Origin: Pseudomonadota bacterium
GTDB lineage: Bacteria > Pseudomonadota > Alphaproteobacteria > UBA11222
DNA length: 58,087 nucleotides
NCBI GenBank assembly: GCA_049323975.1
Contig: JBMOMY010000288.1
Span: 1-58,087, forward strand
Direction: 5' to 3'
This document shows, in pieces, positions 31,619 to 39,686 of the stretch (its first letter is position 1; each line of letters begins with the position of its first letter). The notes under the pieces are model-generated. The model worked only from the letters and a program-made list of their open reading frames with translations, ran no database searches and was not told the origin of the DNA. Made by a program: the position numbers and the translations under genes.

Positions 31619-32962
31619 ATGACGGAACGCACCAACGATCTGGCCGCCTTCTGGCTGCCCTTCACCCCGAACCGGCAATTCAGGAGCAACCCGCGGCTGC
31701 TTTCCGGGGCCGCGGGGATGTATTACCAGACCCCCGAGGGGCGCCGCATCCTGGACGCCACCGCCGGGCTGTGGTGCGTCAATGCGGGACATTGCAGGCC
31801 ATCCATCGTAGCCGCGCTGCAGCGCCAGGCGGCGCAACTGGATTACGCGCCCCCCTTTCAGTTCGCCCATCCGCCGGCCTTTGCCCTTGCAACCCGCCTG
31901 GCGGCGCTGGCCCCCGGCGATCTGGATCATGTGTTTTTCTGCAATTCCGGCTCCGAGGCGGTGGATAGCGCGCTCAAGATCGCCATCGCCTGGCATCAGC
32001 AGCGGGGGGATGCCGGGCGCACGCGGCTGATTGGCCGGGAACGCGCTTATCACGGGGTGGGGTTTGGCGGCGTCTCGGTTGGGGGCATGGTGAACAACCG
32101 CCGCTCCTTCGGCCCGCTGCTGACGGGCGTGGATCATCTGCCACACACCTATTCGCGCGGGCGTCAGGCCTTCACCAAAGGCGAGCCGAAATGGGGCGCG
32201 CATCTTGCGGAGGATCTTGAACGGATCGTGGCGCTGCATGACGCCAGTACGATCGCGGCCGTGATCGTCGAGCCCATGGCGGGATCGACCGGCGTGCTGC
32301 CGCCGCCGGCCGGATATCTGCAGCGCCTGCGCGAAATCTGCACAAGCCACGGCATCCTGTTGATCTTCGATGAAGTGATCACCGGCTTTGGCCGGCTGGG
32401 AGCGGCTTTCGCGGCGGAGCGCTTTTCCGTCACACCTGACATGATCTGCTTCGCCAAGGGAGTGAGCAATGCGGCGGCCCCGCTGGGCGGCGTCATTGTG
32501 CGCCAGCCCATTTATGACGCCTTCATGAAGGGGCCGGAGCATATGATCGAGCTGATGCATGGCTATACCTATTCGGCCCATCCGCTGGGAGTGGCGGCGG
32601 CCCATGCGGCGCTCGATCTCTATCAGGAGGAAAATCTGTTCGCCCGCGCGGCCGCGCTGGAGCCGGTCTGGGCCGACGCCATCCACACCTTGCGCGATGC
32701 GCCCCTTGTCGAGGATATCCGCACGATCGGCCTTGCGGCCGGCGTCGATCTTGCCCCCCTTCCGGACGCTCCCGGCAAACGCGGCTTCGATGCGATGCGC
32801 GCCGCCTTCCATGATCAGGACATGATGGTGCGGGTATCCGGCGATACGATCGCGCTTTCCCCGCCCCTCATCCTCAGCGAAGAGGAGATAGACGAAATCA
32901 CCCGGCGCATGCGGGCTATGCTGAACCGGCTGGCGGAATCCTTTTGTGAAGGAGAGCGATGA
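31619..32962 (+). CDS. class III (omega-amino acid:pyruvate) aminotransferase, beta-alanine-pyruvate transaminase-like
   Basis: FWLPFTPNRQF, AGLWCVNAGH, FCNSGSEAVD, RERAYHGVGFGG, FDEVITGFGRLG and FAKGVSN (PLP Lys). Start set at MTERTND (31619). Confidence 0.9.
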   Translation: MTERTNDLAAFWLPFTPNRQFRSNPRLLSGAAGMYYQTPEGRRILDATAGLWCVNAGHCRPSIVAALQRQAAQLDYAPPFQFAHPPAFALATRLAALAPGDLDHVFFCNSGSEAVDSALKIAIAWHQQRGDAGRTRLIGRERAYHGVGFGGVSVGGMVNNRRSFGPLLTGVDHLPHTYSRGRQAFTKGEPKWGAHLAEDLERIVALHDASTIAAVIVEPMAGSTGVLPPPAGYLQRLREICTSHGILLIFDEVITGFGRLGAAFAAERFSVTPDMICFAKGVSNAAAPLGGVIVRQPIYDAFMKGPEHMIELMHGYTYSAHPLGVAAAHAALDLYQEENLFARAAALEPVWADAIHTLRDAPLVEDIRTIGLAAGVDLAPLPDAPGKRGFDAMRAAFHDQDMMVRVSGDTIALSPPLILSEEEIDEITRRMRAMLNRLAESFCEGER

Positions 32963-34077
32963 TGCTGCTTGGTGTTCCTAAGGAAATCAAGGTGCATGAA
33001 TACCGCGTCGGCATGACGCCTTCCAGCGTGCGCGAGCTTACCCATCACGGGCATGGGGTATGGGTGCAGTGCGGCGCGGGCGAGGCCATCGGCCTCAGCG
33101 ATGCGGAATACGCGGCCGCGGGGGCCGTCATTCTGGACACGGCCGCCGAAATCTTTTCCCGCGCGGACATGATCGTCAAGGTGAAGGAGCCGCAACCTTC
33201 CGAAACCGCCCTGCTGCGGTCCGGGCAGATTATTTTCACCTATCTGCATCTGGCGGCGGATGCGGCGCAGGCCCATGCGTTAATGGAGTCCGGCTGCACC
33301 GCCATCGCCTATGAAACCGTGACGGACGCCAATGGCGGCCTGCCGCTGCTCGCGCCCATGAGCGAAGTGGCGGGGCGCATGGCGATCCAGGCCGGCGCCC
33401 ATTGCCTGGAAATGGAGCAGGGCGGTCGCGGCATGCTGCTGGGGGGCGTGCCTGGAGTGCCTGCGGCGCGGGTGGTGATCATCGGCGGCGGGGTCGTCGG
33501 CACCAATGCGGCGCGCATGGCGATGGGGCTGGAGGCGCATGTCACCATCCTCGACAAAAGCCTGCACCGGCTGCAGCAGCTGGACATGCAGTTCGGCCCG
33601 ACCCTGAACACGATTTTCGCCACGGTGGACGCTCTTGAAGATCATGTCACCCATGCCGATCTGGTGGTGGGAGCGGTGCTGGCGCCCGGCGCCGCCACGC
33701 CGCGATTGATCCGTGAACAGATGGTTCGGGACATGCAGCGCGGATCGGTTCTGGTCGACGTCTCCATCGATCAGGGGGGAATCTCGGAAACCTCGCGCCC
33801 CACTACCCATGCCGCGCCCACCTATAAACTGCATGACGTGGTGCATTATTGCGTCAGCAATATGCCGGGCGCCGTGGCGCGCACCTCCACCTTCGCGCTC
33901 AACAATGCGACCTTGCCCTTCATTCTGGCGCTGGCGGATCATGGGGTGAAGGGCGCGATGCGGCGCGATGCGCATTTGCGCGCGGGGCTGAACGTGATGG
34001 CGGGGAAACTCACCCATACGGCGGTGGCGGCGGCGCTCAATGCGCCTTATGCGCGGGCGGAAGAATTACTGGCGTGA
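32959..34077 (+). CDS. ald: alanine dehydrogenase
   Basis: 372 aa. [17 protein letters not shown], the NAD fold [13 protein letters not shown], and [12 protein letters not shown] overlap with the transaminase gene. Confidence 0.95.
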   Translation: MMLLGVPKEIKVHEYRVGMTPSSVRELTHHGHGVWVQCGAGEAIGLSDAEYAAAGAVILDTAAEIFSRADMIVKVKEPQPSETALLRSGQIIFTYLHLAADAAQAHALMESGCTAIAYETVTDANGGLPLLAPMSEVAGRMAIQAGAHCLEMEQGGRGMLLGGVPGVPAARVVIIGGGVVGTNAARMAMGLEAHVTILDKSLHRLQQLDMQFGPTLNTIFATVDALEDHVTHADLVVGAVLAPGAATPRLIREQMVRDMQRGSVLVDVSIDQGGISETSRPTTHAAPTYKLHDVVHYCVSNMPGAVARTSTFALNNATLPFILALADHGVKGAMRRDAHLRAGLNVMAGKLTHTAVAAALNAPYARAEELLA

Positions 34078-34244
34078 ATACGGGCGGACAGGGGCGCAGA
34101 GCGTTCCGGAAGTTGCTGTCCCGGAAAAAGTGACGCCCGTCACTGGTTAATTCCGGCGCGCATCCCCATATGCAGTCCGTGACTTTCAGATGAAAGGACA
34201 CGCCCCCCTGGTTCATGCCTCGAATCCGGGTGACCCAAACTTGA

Positions 34245-34272
34245 CCCCCATGTTTTGACATGGGGGTTTTTT
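34245..34272 (+). terminator. intrinsic terminator (9-bp stem CCCCCATGT/ACATGGGGG, loop TTTG, T6)
   Basis: Read directly from the sequence. It lies about 170 nt downstream of the ald stop. Confidence 0.8.
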
Positions 34273-34292
34273 CATGCGGGTGGTTTCAGGGC

Positions 34293-34348
34293 GGAGGATG
34301 CTTTTTGCAAATGAATTTGCCTTTTTACCATCCTCCTTTTCTTTTTTT
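34293..34348 (+). terminator. second, compound terminator-like hairpin (GGAGGATG ... CATCCTCC enclosing GCAAAT/ATTTGC) followed by TTTTCTTTTTTT
   Basis: Read directly from the sequence. It sits in tandem with the terminator at 34245..34272. Confidence 0.55.
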
Positions 34349-34409
34349 CGTGGGTTACGCTTTCACCCTAAGTCTTGAGCGGGAAAGTTGAGATGGTTAA
34401 AAAAGCCGG

Positions 34410-35219
34410 GTGCGCAGCGCCATGAACGCCGCACTATACGATAAAATTGGCAAAACATACGATGCGACACGCAAGCCAGATACGGCCATTCTGCAAATAT
34501 TGCTTCGGCTGCTGGCCCCTCTGCCCCGGGGGCGTTATCTGGACGTGGGCTGTGGTTCCGGCAATTATACGCAGGCATTGTGGGAACGGGGCGTTACCAT
34601 TACCGGCATCGATATCTCTGAAGAGATGTTATCCAAAGCGCGTCTAAAAAATTCAAAAATTCCCTGGCGTCAGGGCGATGCGAAAAAATTGCAATTTCAG
34701 GATACGTCATTTGACGGCGCGATCTGCACCTTCGCCACCCATCATATGGGAGAGTTTGAGCAAGCTTTCAAAGAAGTTTACCGGGTGTTGAAGGCCGGAA
34801 ATTTTGTCATACTGACCGCCACGCCTGAGCAAATGCAACATTACTGGCTGCATCATTATTTTCCGGCAATGATGCAGCATTCCGGGCGGCAGATGTCGAG
34901 CCTTACGCGCATCAAAGCAGCCTACCGGGTTGCCGGCTTCACCAATATCAGGACGGAGCCGTTTTTTGTCACCCGCGAACTCACCGATTTGTTTTTATAT
35001 GCCGGCAAATACCGGCCCGGATTATATTTCGATGCGGGTTTCCGCGCTGGGGTTTCCGCTTTCCATGTTTCGGCCAATCCGCAGGAAATAACCGAAGGCC
35101 TCGACCGGCTTAAAGCTGATATTGATTCGGGAAAAATACATGAGGTGATAGCCGATAGCGAAAATGAGGCGGGCGACTGCCTGTTTGTGGCGGGGGAGAA
35201 GGTGGAATCGGATACGTGA
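34410..35219 (+). CDS. class I SAM-dependent methyltransferase (type 11-like)
   Basis: 269 aa. Motif I YLDVGCGSGNYT and post-I GIDISEEML. The region is visibly more AT-rich than the flanking core genes. An alternative start lies at 34422. Confidence 0.85.
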   Translation: MRSAMNAALYDKIGKTYDATRKPDTAILQILLRLLAPLPRGRYLDVGCGSGNYTQALWERGVTITGIDISEEMLSKARLKNSKIPWRQGDAKKLQFQDTSFDGAICTFATHHMGEFEQAFKEVYRVLKAGNFVILTATPEQMQHYWLHHYFPAMMQHSGRQMSSLTRIKAAYRVAGFTNIRTEPFFVTRELTDLFLYAGKYRPGLYFDAGFRAGVSAFHVSANPQEITEGLDRLKADIDSGKIHEVIADSENEAGDCLFVAGEKVESDT

Positions 35220-35740
35220 TGGAGAAGGGCTTTTTCGTGCCTTCACTCAACTTCGAGGGCGGTGAACTTGAAGCCTTGGCGCTCGGAGCCAAGCTGGTCA
35301 TGGCGCGATCAGGCGATACTTTGGCTGCTGCGGCTCAACGCGCTTCTGCTAAAATTGCGTCAGCTCTTGGCGACACGTTACGGCACGAGTTTCTGAATAG
35401 TACGCTCGAGGCCGGACCAAGCCGCACAACGATGGACGGGGCGACCGGAGCGCTCCACGATGAATTGCGCAGAGCGATACGCGACCGCGCCGTGCTGAAG
35501 ATCAGGTATCTGAGCCTTCCGGGCGAGAAAACCACACGCCTAGCCCGCCCGCTTGGCTTGACGGTTTTCGATAGCGCTTGGCTGCTGACTATCTGGTGCG
35601 AACGCTCGAAGGATTTTCGTCATCTGCGCGTAGATCGCATCAGATCCGCTGTAAGAACGGGCGAAAACTTCCGTCATGAGCGCGGCAAAAAGTTTGCTGA
35701 CGCTCTTGCGCAGGAGAGAAGTCGGGTTGATCAAGGGTAA
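35216..35740 (+). CDS. WYL-domain protein lacking the N-terminal wHTH (truncated YafY-type regulator; possibly a pseudogene)
   Basis: 174 aa. It begins in the linker that normally follows the HTH (FEGGELEALALGAKLV), followed by RAVLKIRYLS...RLARPLGL...WLLTIWCERSKDFRHLRVDRI (WYL domain). Confidence 0.6.
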   Translation: MMEKGFFVPSLNFEGGELEALALGAKLVMARSGDTLAAAAQRASAKIASALGDTLRHEFLNSTLEAGPSRTTMDGATGALHDELRRAIRDRAVLKIRYLSLPGEKTTRLARPLGLTVFDSAWLLTIWCERSKDFRHLRVDRIRSAVRTGENFRHERGKKFADALAQERSRVDQG

Positions 35741-36856
35741 TAATGTTGGGTTCGCACCTTCCGAATAGGATCAACTCCTTTTGGCTCTACGTAGTACCGC
35801 CGCCAGAACGCGGACGCGCGCTCTTGCTTCTCCGCGTATATAGGGCGTGATATGCGACTTGCGGGGCGTGCGGCAGAAATCGCGGAACGAGTCGCGGATA
35901 TGTGGAATATCGAACACCTCCATATCGAGAAAAACGGTGCGGCCCGACTCATAGACGATTCAGCCGTCCACATCCCGGTAGAGATCAGTCAGAAGTCCAA
36001 CCGCTGATTGCTTGAGACGTTCAAGGCGAAGGAGAGATCGCCCAGCCTAGCGCCGAAGCGAGGCCCAATTGTAATTCCGCATAAGACAGGCCATATATAA
36101 GGTCATATCGAACCACAAAATACAGAAAAGGACGGCAATAATTTTGCTTCCAGAAGCTCAGATAACAATAAAATCAAACAATTTTCCCGAAGAGAGAAAT
36201 TAAGAAGTACGGAATAGAGCGCGTTCCTGTAGACTATTTCCGTTATGGGGAATTGCGTTACACGACCGTGAAAGACGCCATCACGCAAGCCAAACGCGAT
36301 GAGATAACTCCTGAGAGGGAGTTTTTGTCATGACAGCTTCGGGATTAGCGCCCCGTCGGCCGACGTGGAGCGGCGCGTTCTTCTATCTCTCATCGCTTAC
36401 ATGTCAAGAACCGCGGCACACTTTATAGATCATCTGCGGGGCCGGTTCGCCGAACCCATAAGGATGGCCCGCCACGACTACGATTACAGGGACGTTGTTG
36501 ATTAAGCTGAGGGGTTCATCCGCGCGTTCATGCTGATAGGGGAGACAAGCAACCCTGCTGGTTCGGACAAAAGGGCGCACGACACCCCTGCAAGGGTGCC
36601 GATTGCAACTCGCGAGCAACCGTTCCGTCCGACATTGCCGTCCGACCGGATCCAGATGAAGGAGACAGGCGGCATTTAGCACGTCACAGAGGATGGCGCA
36701 TTTTGTGGAGATTTTCACAAGAAGGAGCAGGCGCTCGCGAAGCTTTCTCTTCGCTGAAGAATGATCGTAGCGAATCGCCTTCAAGGTATCCTAGATCGGA
36801 TAGCTGCGTTCCGTTCATGGACTGACCCATAAAATCGGATCAAATGAGGAATCTCC

Positions 36857-38191
36857 ATGACCGAACGAAGCCAGACCGACCTGCCGCATGAGATTGCCGA
36901 CCGGATCACGAAGCCGTTCGCGCGGTTTCTAAAGATCGAGGCGGCGGCAGGGGCGCTATTGTTCCTTGCAGCGCTCTCCGCACTGGTCCTGGCGAACTTG
37001 GTCTGGTCGACCCCGTTCCTGGCGTTCTGGGAAACGCCGGTCGGCCTTCGTTTCGGAGCGCTAGACTTCACCCGTTCGTTGCGACACTGGATCAATGATG
37101 GGTTGATGACGTTCTTTTTCTTCGTGATTTCGCTGGAACTCAAGCGGGAGCTGGTTCTTGGTGAATTACGGAACCTGCGAACGGCGGCGCTTCCGTTTGC
37201 TGGCGCCCTGGGCGGCATGATCGTGCCGGTGTCCATCTATCTGACGCTAATGGCAAGTGAACCCGGAATACTCGGATGGGGGACCGTGATGGCCACTGAC
37301 ACGGCGTTCGTGATCGGGTGCCTCGCGCTGTTCGGCTCCCGCATCCCACCGGCTTTGCGCCTATTTCTGTTGTCACTGGCGATCTTTGACGACGTGGGAG
37401 CGATCCTCGTGGTTGCTGTCGGGTACGGAGATGCGCTGAACTGGCCCGCGCTCGCTCTTGGGGTGCTTGGGCTTGGCGTTATCGCAGGCGCTGCCCGCCT
37501 CGGGATCAGAAGCATCCCGATCTATTTTCTGATGGGCGGTCTAATCTGGCTTTGCTTCGATGCCTCCGGCATCCATGCGACGATCACCGGTGTCGTCCTG
37601 GGACTGATGACGCCGACACGCACATGGGTGAGCGATGCCCGTCTGCGGGCGATCCTAGGGCGCGTTCTTACCTATCCGGCGGGTGACCATTGGAGCGGAG
37701 ACACCGCCGATCGCCGTGACCTCCGACAGGCTGGCAGAGCGGTAGCGGAATCGTTATCTCCTGTGGAACGACTGGAAATGATGCTGCACCCCTGGGTGGG
37801 GTTCGCGGTCATGCCTATTTTCGCTCTAGCCAATGCCGGAGTCGCCATCACCGTAGCCGATCTGGGCCAGCCGGTCTCTCTGGCAATTTTTGCCGGTCTG
37901 GTCCTGGGCAAACCGGTTGGCGTTCTCGGCTTCAGCTGGCTCGCGACGAGGCTCGGCCTTGCTGCTCGTGAAGCCAGCCTGAGTTGGTCCTTCCTGGCCG
38001 CCGGCGCCTTCCTGACCGGCATCGGCTTCACCATGTCGTTGTTCATCGCGGGCCTTGCCTATACCCCGGAAATGCTCAACGCCGCCAAGCTCGGGATTCT
38101 CGCAGGTTCAGTATGTTCCGCGGCAATCGGGCTCTCGATACTGATTCGGCTGACCCGTGTCCCACCAGACCGCAACGAAGTTCACCGGTAA
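36857..38191 (+). CDS. nhaA: Na+/H+ antiporter NhaA
   Basis: 444 aa polytopic protein. HWINDGLMTFFFFVISLELKRE, GWGTVMATDTAF and LAIFDDVGAILV (the DD pair) are NhaA signatures. Confidence 0.93.
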   Translation: MTERSQTDLPHEIADRITKPFARFLKIEAAAGALLFLAALSALVLANLVWSTPFLAFWETPVGLRFGALDFTRSLRHWINDGLMTFFFFVISLELKRELVLGELRNLRTAALPFAGALGGMIVPVSIYLTLMASEPGILGWGTVMATDTAFVIGCLALFGSRIPPALRLFLLSLAIFDDVGAILVVAVGYGDALNWPALALGVLGLGVIAGAARLGIRSIPIYFLMGGLIWLCFDASGIHATITGVVLGLMTPTRTWVSDARLRAILGRVLTYPAGDHWSGDTADRRDLRQAGRAVAESLSPVERLEMMLHPWVGFAVMPIFALANAGVAITVADLGQPVSLAIFAGLVLGKPVGVLGFSWLATRLGLAAREASLSWSFLAAGAFLTGIGFTMSLFIAGLAYTPEMLNAAKLGILAGSVCSAAIGLSILIRLTRVPPDRNEVHR

Positions 38192-38341
38192 AGGCGTCCT
38201 CCTTGTCATCGCCAGATTTCATCGCGCCACAGCCACTCCTACTTCACGCTTTGGTCTGAAAGAGGAAATCCAGCGTGTTTCTGAGACTGGCCCAAGGGTA
38301 CTTCCGCGAAAACCGCCGAACTATCGCAAACTTCTGCGTAA

Positions 38342-38431
38342 TGGCGGAGAGAGTGGGATTCGAACCCACGAGACGGTTCCCCGCCTACACACTTTCCAGG
38401 CGTGCGCCTTCGACCACTCGGCCATCTCTCC
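38342..38431 (-). tRNA. tRNA-Ser (anticodon GGA), 90 nt including encoded CCA
   Basis: The reverse complement reads GGAGAGATGGCCGAGTGGTCGAAGGCGCACGCCTGGAAAGTGTGTAGGCGGGGAACCGTCTCGTGGGTTCGAATCCCACTCTCTCCGCCA. It has a 7-bp acceptor stem, anticodon loop CUGGAAA, a long variable arm and the T-arm GTGGG-TTCGAAT-CCCAC. Confidence 0.95.
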
Positions 38432-38753
38432 TGCGCTGTCTGCGGGCGGAAGACTGGCGCCAGCATTTTCTGGAAATGGGGAAGCCGGGCCGCGCAGACG
38501 TTGCGGCAATATACCCATCATGGGGCGCGACGCAACCGGCACTTGGGTCTGTTGCGCCAATTCATTGCGCGCTTTGGCTCTGGCGCGCCAATTTCACTGG
38601 GGGACACTGATTTTGGGTTTCGCGCACTATTAGTTGCAATTGATTATTAATATCGATAATTTTCCATGGACGTAGCCAATGGAGTTGGGCTAGCCCTCTG
38701 CCCTGACCGGCTTTGCGGGCGCCGCCGCGCCATAACGAAGGAAACAGCGTTTC

Positions 38754-39554
38754 ATGAGCGATCAAAAGATAAAGGTCTGGCTGGGCCTTGGAAGTTTTCT
38801 GCTGATACAGGCCGGATCGGGCCCTGTCCTGGCCGGTGAGCACGCGCAATCCCCCGCAATGGACGCGCACGCTGCAGCAGGTGAAGGGGGAGAAGGCGGT
38901 GAAGGGGGCGAGGCGGGTTATGTCAGCAGCGACCCGGACCAGACCTATGCGGTCAATCTGCTGCTGATGAAGGGGCATCTGAAGGCGTCACAGGATTTGT
39001 CCGCCCTCGGCTTTAGGGAAAACGCCCTGGCCCATGCCATGCACCCGGCGGCCGAAACCTATGGAAATGTCGCGCCCGAGCTTGAGGCGCGCCACGCCGC
39101 AGCCTTTCAGCAGGAGCTTGACGCGCTGGTCGACAGCCTGACGGAAAACGTCTCTGACAGGGAACTGAATGCCGCCTATGACGCGGCCAATCAGAAAATA
39201 GATGCGGCGATGGCCGTGATTGATGCGGACAAACGCAATTCGCCGGCTTTTACCGCGGCGCTCGCCCTTGCGTTACTGCAGCAGGCGGGCAGCGAATACG
39301 CGATCGGCGTGGAAGACGGCGTCATCGTCAACCTGCACGAATATCAGGATGCGGGCGGATTTATCGCGATCGCCACGGAATTGCTGGCCGGACTCGATCA
39401 GACTTCCCCCAATCTCACCGCAGTCATGGCGGATCTCTCCACGCTGAAATCTCATATCAACGGTTCGGCGAAGATGCAGGATAAGGTCACCCCCGCCGCG
39501 GAATTCCTGAGCGGCGTGTCGCGCATAGAACTGAAACTGAACAACATTCGATAA
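38754..39554 (+). CDS. exported hypothetical helical protein with acidic GEGG repeat
   Basis: 266 aa. Signal-like N-terminus, a (GEG)n tract GEGGEGGEGGEAG and an Ala/Leu-rich helical remainder. No family recognised with confidence. Confidence 0.6.
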   Translation: MSDQKIKVWLGLGSFLLIQAGSGPVLAGEHAQSPAMDAHAAAGEGGEGGEGGEAGYVSSDPDQTYAVNLLLMKGHLKASQDLSALGFRENALAHAMHPAAETYGNVAPELEARHAAAFQQELDALVDSLTENVSDRELNAAYDAANQKIDAAMAVIDADKRNSPAFTAALALALLQQAGSEYAIGVEDGVIVNLHEYQDAGGFIAIATELLAGLDQTSPNLTAVMADLSTLKSHINGSAKMQDKVTPAAEFLSGVSRIELKLNNIR

Positions 39555-39686
39555 CCGGATGAAAGTAAAATTGCGGCCCCCGGCGCAGCCGGCTTTTGCT
39601 ACAACTTAATATCCGTAGCCATTTCCGCTGCGCCGCATTACCTGTTTCGGTGAAACCGAATCCTGAAGGTGAAATCGCCGCAAAAC

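Noticed and set aside
31061-32812. 583-aa ORF on the minus strand
   Set aside because: It is antisense to the ferritin-like partner gene and the omega-transaminase. The composition is Arg/Gly-rich with no recognisable motifs, so I treat it as a shadow ORF.
36404-36784. 126-aa minus-strand ORF upstream of nhaA
   Set aside because: It is Cys/Arg-rich, has no SD or family motifs, and lies in the decayed islet region. At best its C-terminal part (…NNVPVIVVVAGHPYGFGEPA…) is a gene remnant. It is reported only as part of the decay finding.
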